Counted from the stretch's first letter, positions 9,532 to 19,090 are shown. The stretch is DNA of 64,000 bases from an uncultured bacterium (GCA_903892035.1 CAITGV010000001.1:226711-290710); one strand, 5' to 3'. Program-made: numbers and translations. Notes: a model not told the origin generated them from the letters alone.

Positions 9532-9735
9532 ATGGGAATGGAAAATGGAGGTATTGATCTTAGTAATCCAAAAGTAATAGCTGCAAGAAAAAAATTAATG
9601 GAAGAGGGAAAGCTAAATCCAGGTAATAATTTCATACGCACAGCAGATGGACTAATAATAAGAAAAGAAGACGCAGATGAAGAATCACGAAGAGAAGCAA
9701 GCTCGAAACACGCACCGGCAAATTATCAAAAATAA
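9532..9735 (+). CDS. Small hypothetical protein (67 aa)
   Basis: ORF between two tRNAs, followed by a strong terminator. Charged, low-complexity C-terminus. Could be spurious. Confidence 0.25.
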   Translation: MGMENGGIDLSNPKVIAARKKLMEEGKLNPGNNFIRTADGLIIRKEDADEESRREASSKHAPANYQK

Positions 9736-9737
9736 CT

Positions 9738-9766
9738 AAAAAAGCCAGCAAATGCTGGCTTTTTTA
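9738..9766. terminator. Bidirectional terminator hairpin
   Basis: AAAAAGCCAGCAAATGCTGGCTTTTTT. Lies between a +strand ORF and the 3' end of minus-strand tRNA-Pro. Confidence 0.7.
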
Positions 9767-9774
9767 GTATATTG

Positions 9775-9845
9775 TCGGGGCGCCGAGAATCGAACTCGGC
9801 CCTCTTGTTCCCAAAACAAGTATACTACCGATATACTACGCCCCG
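9775..9845 (-). tRNA. tRNA-Pro (anticodon UGG)
   Basis: Minus-strand sequence CGGGGCGTAG...anticodon stem CTTGT/ACAAG, loop TTTGGGA, T-arm GGCCGAGTTCGATTCTCGGC, acceptor CGGGGCG/CGCCCCG + A73. No encoded CCA. Confidence 0.75.
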
Positions 9846-9907
9846 AATAATTTATAAAAATACCAAGTTATACTACCACGAAATTTCATAAAAACAAACT
9901 AAAACTC

Positions 9908-10351
9908 TTACAAAACAATATCTTCATATCTTTTTACTCTCGCGAGGCGCTTACTCATATCCATATACACAACCAACACATCAAACTGCCATTCCCTATC
10001 GTCAGAGACTTTCCGTTGAAGTAAATAAGTTTGAATTGTCCTTGAAAGTCTTTTAAGTTTCCACAGATGTATATTATCTTCAGGTCTATAAAAATCAACC
10101 TTGTCTTTAATAGCTTTTCCACGTTCAGGAAAACATTCTTCTGCTTTTCGTTTTGTAATTTCACGTGTAACAGCTTTAACCTCAATAAAATATAGCATTT
10201 TACCTTTTTCAGCAATAATATCGATCTCGCCCCACTTTTTTGTATAGTTTCTTTCAACAATCGAAAAGCCTTGTTTCATGAGAAACATTACGGCAATTTC
10301 CTCACCTTTTGCCCCAATTTTTTGTTTTTCTGATGTAAATACTTTAGGCAT
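9908..10351 (-). CDS. yraN: UPF0102/YraN-family predicted endonuclease
   Basis: GE.IA...L...G..I..RN.....GEIDIIA motif typical of YraN. Confidence 0.6.
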   Translation of the reverse strand: MPKVFTSEKQKIGAKGEEIAVMFLMKQGFSIVERNYTKKWGEIDIIAEKGKMLYFIEVKAVTREITKRKAEECFPERGKAIKDKVDFYRPEDNIHLWKLKRLSRTIQTYLLQRKVSDDREWQFDVLVVYMDMSKRLARVKRYEDIVL

Positions 10352-10503
10352 TGTTACACATGTAACATTGATAATTCTTTCACGTGAAACATATTATCGG
10401 ACAAAAGACACAAAAAAGTGTCCTTTACAAACATAGTACACATAGTTATCCACAGTTTTGACCTTTTTGTGCATAATTACCAACAACAGTCAGAGACAAT
10501 ATG

Positions 10504-10575
10504 TGCGCTCGGAGGGATTCGAACCCCCAACAACTGCTTCGAAGGCAGGCATGATATCCATTTCACTACGAGCGC
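10504..10575 (-). tRNA. tRNA-Arg (anticodon UCG; one mismatch in anticodon stem)
   Basis: Minus-strand GCGCTCG acceptor, anticodon loop CTTCGAA, T-arm GGGGG-TTCGAAT-CCCTC, 3' CGAGCGC+A. Isotype assigned from the loop; 27:43 is a C.T mismatch. Confidence 0.6.
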
Positions 10576-10653
10576 ATTTAATTAACACCTTAAGTATATA
10601 TAATTATTAGTAAATAGTAAAATATGTTGATTTTTATAGATAAATAACCCAAA

Positions 10654-10682
10654 TTGCGTTATTTGCAACAAAATAGTATACT
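10654..10682 (+). promoter_or_regulatory. Promoter for tRNA-Gly(GCC) and downstream cca (TTGCGT-17-TATACT)
   Basis: -35 TTGCGT 10654-10659 and -10 TATACT 10677-10682. tRNA begins at 10704. Confidence 0.45.
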
Positions 10683-10703
10683 GGATAAGTTAAAAATTAA
10701 TTA

Positions 10704-10774
10704 GCGGGTATGGTTTAGTGGTAGAACACGTCCTTGCCAAGGATGAGACCCGAGTTCGATTCTCGGTACCCGCA
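10704..10774 (+). tRNA. tRNA-Gly (anticodon GCC)
   Basis: GCGGGTA acceptor, anticodon stem CGTCC/GGATG, loop TTGCCAA, T-arm CCCGAGTTCGATTCTCGG, 3' TACCCGC+A. No encoded CCA. Confidence 0.8.
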
Positions 10775-10784
10775 CAAAAAGGCA

Positions 10785-12323
10785 GTGAGCCAAAAACAAC
10801 AAAGTCTAATAGACATAAATACACAAAATATACCAGAATACGTTACACGTGTAACTGAAACGCTTGAAAAAGCCGGTTTTGAAGCGTACCTGGTGGGAGG
10901 CAGTGTTCGAGATCTTATCATTGATAGAAAACCAAAAGACTGGGACGTGACAACAAATGCTACACCAGAACAAATCATTCCTCTATTTATAAAAACTATT
11001 TACGAAAACAAGTTCGGTACAGTTGCCGTGGTTTTTGAGGGAAATAGTGAAAACAATAGTGTTACACATGAAACAAACATCGTAGAAGTGACCCCATACC
11101 GCCTTGAAACACAATATAGTGACCATAGACACCCCGACGAGGTTAAATTCAGCTCTAAGCTCGAAGACGACCTTAAGAGACGTGATTTCACCATTAACGC
11201 CATTGCAATGGACTCTAAAGGACATGTCATTGACCTTTATAAAGGACAACAAGATATAAAGGACAAGGTAATCAGAACAGTAGGGGATGCAAACGAAAGA
11301 TTTAATGAAGATGCACTCCGAATGCTCCGCGCTGTGCGATTTTCAGTTCAGCTTGGATTTACAATTTCGCATGAAACAACACTTGGAGTTATCCACAATG
11401 CAGAACTTATCAAAAAAGTTTCTTCGGAAAGAATTCGAGATGAATTCATAAAAATAATTAATTCACCTGAGCCAATGATTGGAATTGGAATGCTGCAGAA
11501 ATTTGGTTTATTAAAATACATAATTCCAGAACTTGAAGAGGGAATTGGCTGTGAGCAAGGTGGAGCACATAAGTACAATGTATTTGAACATTTACTTCAA
11601 GCACTTCAACACGCAGCAGATAAAAATTGGTCACTTGAAATTCGCATCGCTGCACTTTTTCATGATATTGGTAAACCACGTTCTCGTCGGGCGGGACTAA
11701 AAAAAGCATATACATTTTACGGCCACGAAGTTATCGGTGCACGCATGGCACAAAAAATAATGGAGCGTTTAAAATTTTCAAATGAAACTACAGATTTTGT
11801 TGTAAAACTCGTGCGCTATCATATGTTTTTTTCTGACACAGAAGCAATTACTCTTTCTGCGGTGCGTAGAACTATTGTTAACATTGGCCCCGCCGACGCG
11901 AAAGCTTTTGCAGGTGAAAAAGAAAATCATCCTATTTGGGATTTAATGAGAATTCGTGAGTGCGACCGTGTCGGTATGGCAAAAAAAGAAGCACCTTACC
12001 GTCTTCGAAAATATCATGCAATGATCGAAGAATGTTTGCGTGATCCCATATCAGTATCTGCTCTCAAAGTTGATGGAAATATTTTAATGAAAGAATTAAA
12101 TATTAAGCCTGGTCCGCGAATGGGTTGGATTTTAAATTCACTTCTAGAAGAAGTGCTTGATGGTCCAAATAAAAATACTCGCGAATATCTCGACGCGCGA
12201 GTAGGGGAACTTGATAAACTTTCCGACACCGACCTAAAATCTCTCGGTGAAAAAGCCAAAGAAACAAAACAAGAAATCGAAAATCTCGAAATAAAAAAAC
12301 TCCACAAAAAACACGGAGTATAA
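10785..12323 (+). CDS. cca: tRNA nucleotidyltransferase (CCA-adding enzyme) with C-terminal HD domain
   Basis: Pol-beta NTase motif YLVGGSVRDL...DWDV, later RF.....G, HD motif HDIGKP and HEV..A. The ORF-track start at 10734 overlaps tRNA-Gly. In-frame GTG at 10785 is the first plausible start after the tRNA, so the start is uncertain. Confidence 0.7.
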   Translation: MSQKQQSLIDINTQNIPEYVTRVTETLEKAGFEAYLVGGSVRDLIIDRKPKDWDVTTNATPEQIIPLFIKTIYENKFGTVAVVFEGNSENNSVTHETNIVEVTPYRLETQYSDHRHPDEVKFSSKLEDDLKRRDFTINAIAMDSKGHVIDLYKGQQDIKDKVIRTVGDANERFNEDALRMLRAVRFSVQLGFTISHETTLGVIHNAELIKKVSSERIRDEFIKIINSPEPMIGIGMLQKFGLLKYIIPELEEGIGCEQGGAHKYNVFEHLLQALQHAADKNWSLEIRIAALFHDIGKPRSRRAGLKKAYTFYGHEVIGARMAQKIMERLKFSNETTDFVVKLVRYHMFFSDTEAITLSAVRRTIVNIGPADAKAFAGEKENHPIWDLMRIRECDRVGMAKKEAPYRLRKYHAMIEECLRDPISVSALKVDGNILMKELNIKPGPRMGWILNSLLEEVLDGPNKNTREYLDARVGELDKLSDTDLKSLGEKAKETKQEIENLEIKKLHKKHGV

Positions 12324-12336
12324 AATTGGACAAAAA

Positions 12337-12378
12337 AATAAAGCCTCTGTATTTCTACTAGGGCTTTATTTCTTATTT
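12337..12378. terminator. Bidirectional terminator between convergent cca and hypothetical gene
   Basis: AAAGCCTCTGTATTTCTACTAGGGCTTTATTT hairpin with flanking A/T runs. Confidence 0.5.
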
Positions 12379-12388
12379 GGAATTCCTA

Positions 12389-12859
12389 CTAATTGCAGGA
12401 AATTCCTGTTAGCTCATGCCATCTAATGGCACACACAGTTGAAAGTACTTTACTCGAGCGACAAACTTTTGCCACATCATAAAGTCCTTCTACAGATTTG
12501 GTTTCGAGTATCTCTTCCACAACACCCAAACTCCAAACCTCGTACTGCGCCAGTTGGTGCAATTTGCTGTATTCTGATGTTAACTCGTATCTTATATTTC
12601 TTACTGTTTTATTTAAATGACAATCGTCTGTAGTCACTTCAACAATACGGTTCAATATATAAAATACGGCATCACATCTTTTAACAACTTCATCAACATC
12701 ATCAGATGCATTCAATTCCTCAAAATAATATCTGAAATGCACCAACATAAATTGTGCATATACTAGTAAATCATGAGGATCAGAACTTTTTAAGAAAAGT
12801 TCAAAAACCTTAGTTGGGAATTTTTTATAATTCTCCAACAATAATAACAATTCGTTCAT
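12389..12859 (-). CDS. Hypothetical protein
   Basis: 156-aa ORF with no recognisable motif. Acidic, Leu-rich. Confidence 0.4.
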   Translation of the reverse strand: MNELLLLLENYKKFPTKVFELFLKSSDPHDLLVYAQFMLVHFRYYFEELNASDDVDEVVKRCDAVFYILNRIVEVTTDDCHLNKTVRNIRYELTSEYSKLHQLAQYEVWSLGVVEEILETKSVEGLYDVAKVCRSSKVLSTVCAIRWHELTGISCN

Positions 12860-12958
12860 TCTATAATTATTTAGTTAAACAAAATTTATTTATTGTATAG
12901 ATCAACACAAATAAAGGAACACTGTGTCTACGTCTTAGGTGAGAATACGTTAAAAAGG

Positions 12959-13729
12959 CTATTTTGTCAACTCGAGTACGATGGGACAGTGGTCGCTACC
13001 CATATAGTCTGTGATCATCGATGTTTTTTTGATTTTTTGCATTATGTCGGAAGAAGCGAAAAAATAATCTATGCGCCAGCCGACATTTCGAGCTCGGGCT
13101 CCAGTTTTCATATCCCAATACGTATAAACAGCTTTTTTCCCAGGATTTAATGAGCGAAATACATCCACATATCCACGTGAAATTACTTTATCAATCCATG
13201 CGCGCTCGATGGGAAGAAAACCGGTATTTTCCTCATTGGCTTTTGGTCGAGCCAAATCAATTTCTGTATGCGCAGTATTTATGTCACCACAAAAAATAAT
13301 TTTATATTTTTCTTTTCTGAGTTTGTCGCAAAATTTTAAAAAATAATCGTAAAATTCAAGTTTGTATTTAAGTCTATCCGGCCCCGAACCACCATTTGGA
13401 AAATAGCAATTTATTAGAACAAAATCTTTAAAATAAGCCACGAGAGTGCGACCTTCATCGTCAAATTTTTTTACACCAAGTCCTGTGACTTTTTCAGGTT
13501 TTTCTTTTGAGTAAATTGCTACACCGCTGTAACCTTTTCTAAGTTTTGAATATGAAAAAAAACTATTGTAGTCCTTTATTTCTCGAACATCTTCAGGTAG
13601 TTGATGTGGTTCAACTTTTGTTTCCTGTAAACATAAAATATCTGGTTTGTAATTTTTAAAAAGCGGAATAAAAAATCCTTGCTTTGCTGTCGCGCGTAAT
13701 CCATTTGTATTCCAAGAAATTATTTTCAT
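12959..13729 (-). CDS. xth: Exodeoxyribonuclease III (AP endonuclease)
   Basis: MKIISWN.NGLRA, LCLQETK, CGDINTAH.EID, GSDHCPI. Classic EEP/Xth motifs. Confidence 0.85.
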   Translation of the reverse strand: MKIISWNTNGLRATAKQGFFIPLFKNYKPDILCLQETKVEPHQLPEDVREIKDYNSFFSYSKLRKGYSGVAIYSKEKPEKVTGLGVKKFDDEGRTLVAYFKDFVLINCYFPNGGSGPDRLKYKLEFYDYFLKFCDKLRKEKYKIIFCGDINTAHTEIDLARPKANEENTGFLPIERAWIDKVISRGYVDVFRSLNPGKKAVYTYWDMKTGARARNVGWRIDYFFASSDIMQKIKKTSMITDYMGSDHCPIVLELTK

Positions 13730-13740
13730 TTTAATATTAA

Positions 13741-14655
13741 TTAATTCTTTTTATCGTGAAACTTTTTGTGTACATCTCTTAACTGTTTGTCTGTAATGTG
13801 TGTATAAATTTGTGTTGTAGAAATATTAGCATGTCCAAGCATCATCTGCACACTACGAATGTCTGCACCATTTGAAAGCAAGTCGGTCGCAAAACTGTGC
13901 CGCAAAACGTGTGGGGTAACTTTTTTTGAAATTCCCGCTTTTATTGCGTAGTATTTTACAATTCTCTCTATGGAGCGAGGGGTGAGGCGAGCAGAGCCAC
14001 TTTGTTTTTTTGAAAGTTGGGCAAATAGTGGTTCATGCATATCCTTGCGAGCTTTTAAATATTCACGCAAAGCCATCTTTGCATCTTCTGAAAGAAAAAC
14101 AACACGAACTTTTTCTCCTTTTCCGCGGATTGAAAATTCATCTTTCGATAAATCTAAATCACGATTAAGAGAACAAAGTTCTGAAAGACGTAAGCCAGTT
14201 GAGAAAAAAAGTTCAAGTAATGCTCGATCGCGAAGTCCTTTTAAATTATTTGTATCAGGAGCACTTATAAGTCTACCGAGTTCGCCAGCAGAAACTAAAT
14301 CCAAACTTCTTTCTTTTACTTTTGCCAATTCGATGTGGTCAGGGGAGAGTGCTTTCATTCCACGCTTCATCATATATTTCAAAAAACCTCGAAGCGCAAT
14401 GAGGTGATAATTTTGTGTATTTTTTTTCAAACTCGCAGAAGTTTGACCTTTTACTTTCGCTCCAGCTTGTCGATTTAAATATAAACGAAATTCTCGAATT
14501 GAATCTTCTGAAATATCACCCTCATTTCCAATTTTTCCAAATTCAAAGTAGCGCGAAAGATAGCGATCGTAATTTTCGACAGTTTTTAGACTATTTCCTT
14601 TTTCAATTTCGACATATTCGAGGAATTCACGCTTAAGTTTTTGAATATCAGGCAT
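13741..14655 (-). CDS. xerC: Tyrosine site-specific recombinase XerC/XerD family
   Basis: C-terminal catalytic motifs TPHVLRHSFATDLL, GHANISTTQIYTH (R-H-R-Y tetrad context). Confidence 0.85.
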   Translation of the reverse strand: MPDIQKLKREFLEYVEIEKGNSLKTVENYDRYLSRYFEFGKIGNEGDISEDSIREFRLYLNRQAGAKVKGQTSASLKKNTQNYHLIALRGFLKYMMKRGMKALSPDHIELAKVKERSLDLVSAGELGRLISAPDTNNLKGLRDRALLELFFSTGLRLSELCSLNRDLDLSKDEFSIRGKGEKVRVVFLSEDAKMALREYLKARKDMHEPLFAQLSKKQSGSARLTPRSIERIVKYYAIKAGISKKVTPHVLRHSFATDLLSNGADIRSVQMMLGHANISTTQIYTHITDKQLRDVHKKFHDKKN

Positions 14656-14664
14656 AAAAACATT

Positions 14665-14730
14665 ATACCACCCCCTGGCCCCCTCCTAAATTAGGAGGGG
14701 GTGACTTGTACTCGAGACGGGGGTGGTATA
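14665..14730. repeat. GC-rich nested-hairpin repeat element copy 2 (inverted relative to copies 1 and 3)
   Basis: ATACCACCCCCTGGCCCCCTCCTAAATTAGGAGGGGGTGACTTGTACTCGAGACGGGGGTGGTAT. The side arm CTCGAG...is the reverse complement of the arm in copy 1. Sits in the divergent xerC/rpsO promoter region. Confidence 0.8.
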
Positions 14731-14788
14731 TTTATAACTAATTCCACCCTGCTTGCGTTTTTTTCCAATATATGCTATTATCTCTCGT

Positions 14789-15052
14789 ATGCTGACAACA
14801 AAGAAAAAAAGCTTAGTTATAAAGAAAAGCCAAATCCACGACAAAGATACAGGTTCTCCTGAGGTCCAAGTGGCTATTTTGTCTCGTTCTATAGACGATC
14901 TTGCAAATCACCTCAAAAAACACAAAAAAGATAACCATTCTCGCCGAGGTCTCATCAAAATGGTGGCTGACCGCCGAGGACATCTCAAGTATTTGGAAAG
15001 AAAAGACAAGGTTCGCTTTGCTGCTCTTACTAAAAAGCTCAAATTAGACTAG
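14789..15052 (+). CDS. rpsO: 30S ribosomal protein S15
   Basis: H.KDNHSRRGLIKMVADRRGHLKYL signature. Start moved to the internal ATG (MLTTKKK) to give the canonical ~88-aa length. Confidence 0.85.
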   Translation: MLTTKKKSLVIKKSQIHDKDTGSPEVQVAILSRSIDDLANHLKKHKKDNHSRRGLIKMVADRRGHLKYLERKDKVRFAALTKKLKLD

Positions 15053-15055
15053 TAA

Positions 15056-15568
15056 ATGTCAATAATTAAACACAAAGAACAAAGAGTCGGCGTATTCATT
15101 GATACGCAGAATCTCTATCATAGCGCTCGCAACCTTTATAAGGCTCGAGTAAATTTTTCTGCAGTACTGAAAGAAGTAGTGAGTGGTAGAAAGCTCGTGC
15201 GTGCTATAGCTTACGTCATTACATCTGAAGCAGGGGACGAAAAGAATTTTTTCGAAGCACTCAACAATATGGGTATTGAAACAAAGACAAAAGACCTTCA
15301 AGTTTTTGCCGGAGGAGCAAAAAAGGCAGACTGGGACGTCGGTATGGCTGTGGACGCTATCACAATGGCGCAAAAGCTCGATGCTATTGTCCTCGTCACT
15401 GGTGATGGAGACTTCGTACCTCTCGTAGAATATCTGCAACGCAACTCTGGTATTCAAGTGGAAGTCGCTTCTTTTGGTAAATCCACATCACAGCGTCTCG
15501 TCGAAGCGACCGACGACTTCATCGACCTCTCCGAAAATCCCAAAAAATATCTGATTGGAATCAGGTAA
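15056..15568 (+). CDS. NYN-domain (LabA-like, PIN-like) predicted ribonuclease
   Basis: VFIDTQNLYHS...LVTGDGDFVPLVEYLQ pattern of NYN/LabA domains. Confidence 0.7.
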   Translation: MSIIKHKEQRVGVFIDTQNLYHSARNLYKARVNFSAVLKEVVSGRKLVRAIAYVITSEAGDEKNFFEALNNMGIETKTKDLQVFAGGAKKADWDVGMAVDAITMAQKLDAIVLVTGDGDFVPLVEYLQRNSGIQVEVASFGKSTSQRLVEATDDFIDLSENPKKYLIGIR

Positions 15569-15592
15569 AATTCGTGCTAGAATCAGGAAATT

Positions 15593-17779
15593 ATGAAACA
15601 ACAAGAATTTAGCGTTTCTATCGGTGGCAAAGAAATGACCGCCGTTTTTTCAGACTTAGCCGAGCAAGCTCACGGAGCAGTAATATTGCGCTATGGCGAG
15701 ACTGTAGTGCTCGCGACTGCAGTAATGTCAAAAGACGGGACAAAAAATCCTGGATTTTTTAATTTGAGTGTGGACTATGTAGAAAAATTTTACGCAGCAG
15801 GAAAAATACTCGGTAGTAGATTTATGCGCCGAGAAGGAAAGCCCTCCGACGAAGCAGTGCTCGCAGGTCGTGTGATCGACCGTACAATTCGTCCACTTTT
15901 CGATCAACATATTAAAAATGCTGTGCAAGTTATCGTCACAGTTCTTGCTCTTGGTGACGAAGATCCAGGAATTCTCGCAGTAAATGCAGTGTCACTTGCA
16001 CTTGCAACATCAGAAATTCCTTGGCGTGGACCTGTTGGCGCAGTACGAATTCGCCAAAAAGACGGAGCACTAATTGTAAATCCATCAAAAAAAGATGCCG
16101 GACAAGACACAATAGCCGGACAAGCTGAAGTTTTCGGTGGAGATAATTATGATTACGACCTCATCGTTTGCGGAAAAGATGGAAATATTAATATGATAGA
16201 AGCAATTTCTTACGAAATAAATGAAGAAGAAATTGTAAACGGTTTCAACCTAGCAACAACGGAAATTACAAAGTTAGAAAATTTTCAAAAGGAAATTATT
16301 TCAAAAATTGGAAAAGAAAAAAGAAAAATTGAGAAAAAAGAATTATCAGCCGAATCTCTCGCTCTATTCAATGAAAACATTGCACCAAAAATGAAAGAAA
16401 GTATTTTTGCTGGTGCTGGAAAAAAGAAAATTGATGAACTACATAATATTTGGAATACTTTGATTGCAGAAAAATTTCCAGATATGGAAGACGACGGCCC
16501 AGAAGATGACCATTTTGACAATGAAGTAAATCGAATTCTACACGAAGAAGCAATACTAAACGACAAACGTGCAGATGGAAGAAAAATGGATGAGCTTCGT
16601 GATCTTTACGCACAGGCCGGAGGATTTTCAAAAATGCTTCACGGTTCTGGAATATTTTATCGCGGAGGTACACACGTACTTTCTGTACTTACTCTTGGTG
16701 GACCCGATGATGCAAATACAATAAACAGCATGGAAACAGCAGAAGAAAAAAGATTTATGCATCACTACAATTTCCCTCCATATTCAGCTGGGGAAACAGG
16801 TCGTGCTACTATGACAAATCGCCGAGAAATTGGCCACGGTGCGCTCGCAGAAAAAGCATTGTTTGTGGTTCTTCCAAGTAAAGAAGTATTTCCTTATACT
16901 ATCCGTGTCGTTTCAGAAAGTATGGCTTCAAATGGTTCAACATCTCAAGCTTCAATCTGTGCAGCGACGCTCGCACTCATGGATGGAGGAGTTCCAATAA
17001 AAGCACCAGTTGCAGGAATCGCAATGGGACTCATGACAGAAGAGAACGAACCCTTCGAATCCGCTCAGGGTAAAAATCCTAAATATAAAATTTTGACAGA
17101 TATCCAAGGTCCCGAAGATCACCACGGGGATATGGATTTTAAAGTTGCTGGAACAAAAAATGGAGTGACAGCAATCCAGCTCGATGTAAAAGTCGAAGGA
17201 GTGCCAGTGAAAATTATTGCTGAAACTTTGACTCAAGGAAAAACTGCTCGTTTGCAAATTCTTGAAACAATTACAAAAGCAATTTCAGAACCTCGAAAAG
17301 ATATTTCTTCTTATGCTCCAAAGATTTTAGTGATGACAATACGACCCGATCAAATTGGAATGGTAATAGGCTCTGGAGGAAAAGTAATAAACGGAATTAA
17401 AGACGATACTGGTGCAGAAATCACAATTGAAGACGATGGTACAGTTTACGTCACGGGTAAAAATGGTTCTGCTGAAAAAGCTTTGAAAATAATTGAAGAA
17501 ATGACTCACGAATATAAAATTGGTGAAGTCTTCAATGGGGAAGTTGTAAAAGTAATTGAAGTTGGTGCAATTGTTCGCATTGCTTCTGGCACAGAAGGCC
17601 TCGTACATATTTCAGAAATTGGAAATTTCCGTGTAAATAAAGTTAGTGATTTCTTGAAAGAGGGAATGCTTGTTCCAGTAAAAGTTGTCGGTGTTGATCC
17701 AGAACGTGGACGCATTTCACTTTCGATAAAAGCAATATCTCCAGACTTCATCAAAGCTCCACAATCTCCACAGGCATAA
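15593..17779 (+). CDS. pnp: Polyribonucleotide nucleotidyltransferase (PNPase)
   Basis: Two RNase PH-like domains, GDMDFKVAGT motif, C-terminal KH (GSGGKVINGI) and S1 domains. Confidence 0.95.
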   Translation: MKQQEFSVSIGGKEMTAVFSDLAEQAHGAVILRYGETVVLATAVMSKDGTKNPGFFNLSVDYVEKFYAAGKILGSRFMRREGKPSDEAVLAGRVIDRTIRPLFDQHIKNAVQVIVTVLALGDEDPGILAVNAVSLALATSEIPWRGPVGAVRIRQKDGALIVNPSKKDAGQDTIAGQAEVFGGDNYDYDLIVCGKDGNINMIEAISYEINEEEIVNGFNLATTEITKLENFQKEIISKIGKEKRKIEKKELSAESLALFNENIAPKMKESIFAGAGKKKIDELHNIWNTLIAEKFPDMEDDGPEDDHFDNEVNRILHEEAILNDKRADGRKMDELRDLYAQAGGFSKMLHGSGIFYRGGTHVLSVLTLGGPDDANTINSMETAEEKRFMHHYNFPPYSAGETGRATMTNRREIGHGALAEKALFVVLPSKEVFPYTIRVVSESMASNGSTSQASICAATLALMDGGVPIKAPVAGIAMGLMTEENEPFESAQGKNPKYKILTDIQGPEDHHGDMDFKVAGTKNGVTAIQLDVKVEGVPVKIIAETLTQGKTARLQILETITKAISEPRKDISSYAPKILVMTIRPDQIGMVIGSGGKVINGIKDDTGAEITIEDDGTVYVTGKNGSAEKALKIIEEMTHEYKIGEVFNGEVVKVIEVGAIVRIASGTEGLVHISEIGNFRVNKVSDFLKEGMLVPVKVVGVDPERGRISLSIKAISPDFIKAPQSPQA

Positions 17780-17805
17780 AAATTTAAAAAAGGTATAATA
17801 GTTTC

Positions 17806-18684
17806 ATGGAAGAAAATATACCAAAAAAAGAACCAGTAAAAGGTTTGCACACTTATTCTAGTGATATGGCAGAAGCACTTCGCAAAGAAGATGGCTCTGT
17901 AATAAAAATTGCAATTGCAGAACAAAAAAAGAGAGAGAAAGATAAAGAAAATTTTACTCCAACTTCAAAGAAAAATATAATAATGCTCGGCGTGAGTGTC
18001 GTATTGATTATAATAGCAATTACAGTAATTATTTATTTTATTTCAATTTCTGGTACACCTGCACCAGTGCCTGTCACGGGTCAGGTTTCTGGTACTTTGA
18101 TTTACGCTGAAAATAAAAAAGTTATCGACACAACAGACCTATCTACAGACCGTCTCGCAGGAGCAATTGCAAATGAAATAAACAATAGCAGTCTGGGAAT
18201 TGATGTAATTGAAAATATTTCTTTACAAAAAAATATTTCAATAAACCCACCAAGTGCCACAGAGCTTACAACTAGAGAATTTTTTAATGATTTTGGTGCA
18301 GATGCGCCCGATACTTTAGTACGATCGCTAGGGGAGAAATTCATGATAGGCGTAGATTCATATAATGGTAACGAGCTTTTTATTTTATTTAAAACAAATT
18401 CACTGAGTGACACGCGTGCTGGAATGCTGACATGGGAAAATAAAATGTTCGACAATATCTATTCATTGTTCAATATTCCTCTTGTGGGACCAAATACAAA
18501 CTTATTTAACACTCGCTGGACCGATGCAACAATAAAAAATAAAGACGCAAGAGCAATACGTGATTCTAATGGAAAAATAGTATTATATTATCTATTCCCA
18601 AATGATAATACGGTCCTTATAACCACAGGCAGTGGTGCACTAGATGCAGTAGTAGCGAGACTAAATGTAAACAAAACGCAATAA
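17806..18684 (+). CDS. Hypothetical membrane-anchored protein
   Basis: 292 aa. Charged N-terminus, single TM (IIMLGVSVVLIIIAITVIIYFI), rest extracytoplasmic. Confidence 0.45.
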   Translation: MEENIPKKEPVKGLHTYSSDMAEALRKEDGSVIKIAIAEQKKREKDKENFTPTSKKNIIMLGVSVVLIIIAITVIIYFISISGTPAPVPVTGQVSGTLIYAENKKVIDTTDLSTDRLAGAIANEINNSSLGIDVIENISLQKNISINPPSATELTTREFFNDFGADAPDTLVRSLGEKFMIGVDSYNGNELFILFKTNSLSDTRAGMLTWENKMFDNIYSLFNIPLVGPNTNLFNTRWTDATIKNKDARAIRDSNGKIVLYYLFPNDNTVLITTGSGALDAVVARLNVNKTQ

Positions 18685-18686
18685 AA

Positions 18687-18715
18687 TTGCAGACAAAAAA
18701 AGCCTGTGATACTAT
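18687..18715 (+). promoter_or_regulatory. Promoter TTGCAG-17-TACTAT
   Basis: -35 18687-18692 and -10 18710-18715. ATG at 18722 gives a near-leaderless transcript. Confidence 0.4.
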
Positions 18716-18721
18716 ATTGAT

Positions 18722-19078
18722 ATGAAAAACATCCAAGAATTTAAAAAACAGCTAGAAAAAGAAAAAGTAATCCTGTTAGATGAACTCAAAGCTGTGAGTG
18801 TGCTAAATCCAGAAAATGGTCGCTTTGAAGCAGTACCCGAGTCACAAAATGGCCCAGAAGCTGATGAAAATGATCTTGCTGATCGTTTTGAAGATTTCGA
18901 TGAACGCACATCAACAGTTAAAACATTTGCAGGACGTCTTCGCGAAATAAATAGTGCATTAGAAAAAATTGAAAATAATACTTACGGAAAATGTGAAATC
19001 TGTGATACCCCAGTAGAAGAAGCGCGACTACATGCAAATCCGGCAGCAAAAACATGTATCAAACACATGGCGGATTAA
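18722..19078 (+). CDS. DksA/TraR-family C4-type zinc-finger protein
   Basis: N-terminal coiled coil then YGKCEICDTPVEEARLHANPAAKTCIKH, matching the DksA/TraR zinc-finger signature (CxxC...RL.A.P.A..C..C/H). Confidence 0.55.
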   Translation: MKNIQEFKKQLEKEKVILLDELKAVSVLNPENGRFEAVPESQNGPEADENDLADRFEDFDERTSTVKTFAGRLREINSALEKIENNTYGKCEICDTPVEEARLHANPAAKTCIKHMAD

Positions 19079-19090
19079 TAAATTTTTCAA

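Noticed and set aside
10734-10784. Six-frame ORF start at 10734 for the cca gene
   Set aside because: It overlaps tRNA-Gly(GCC) at 10704-10774, so the start was moved to the first downstream in-frame GTG.
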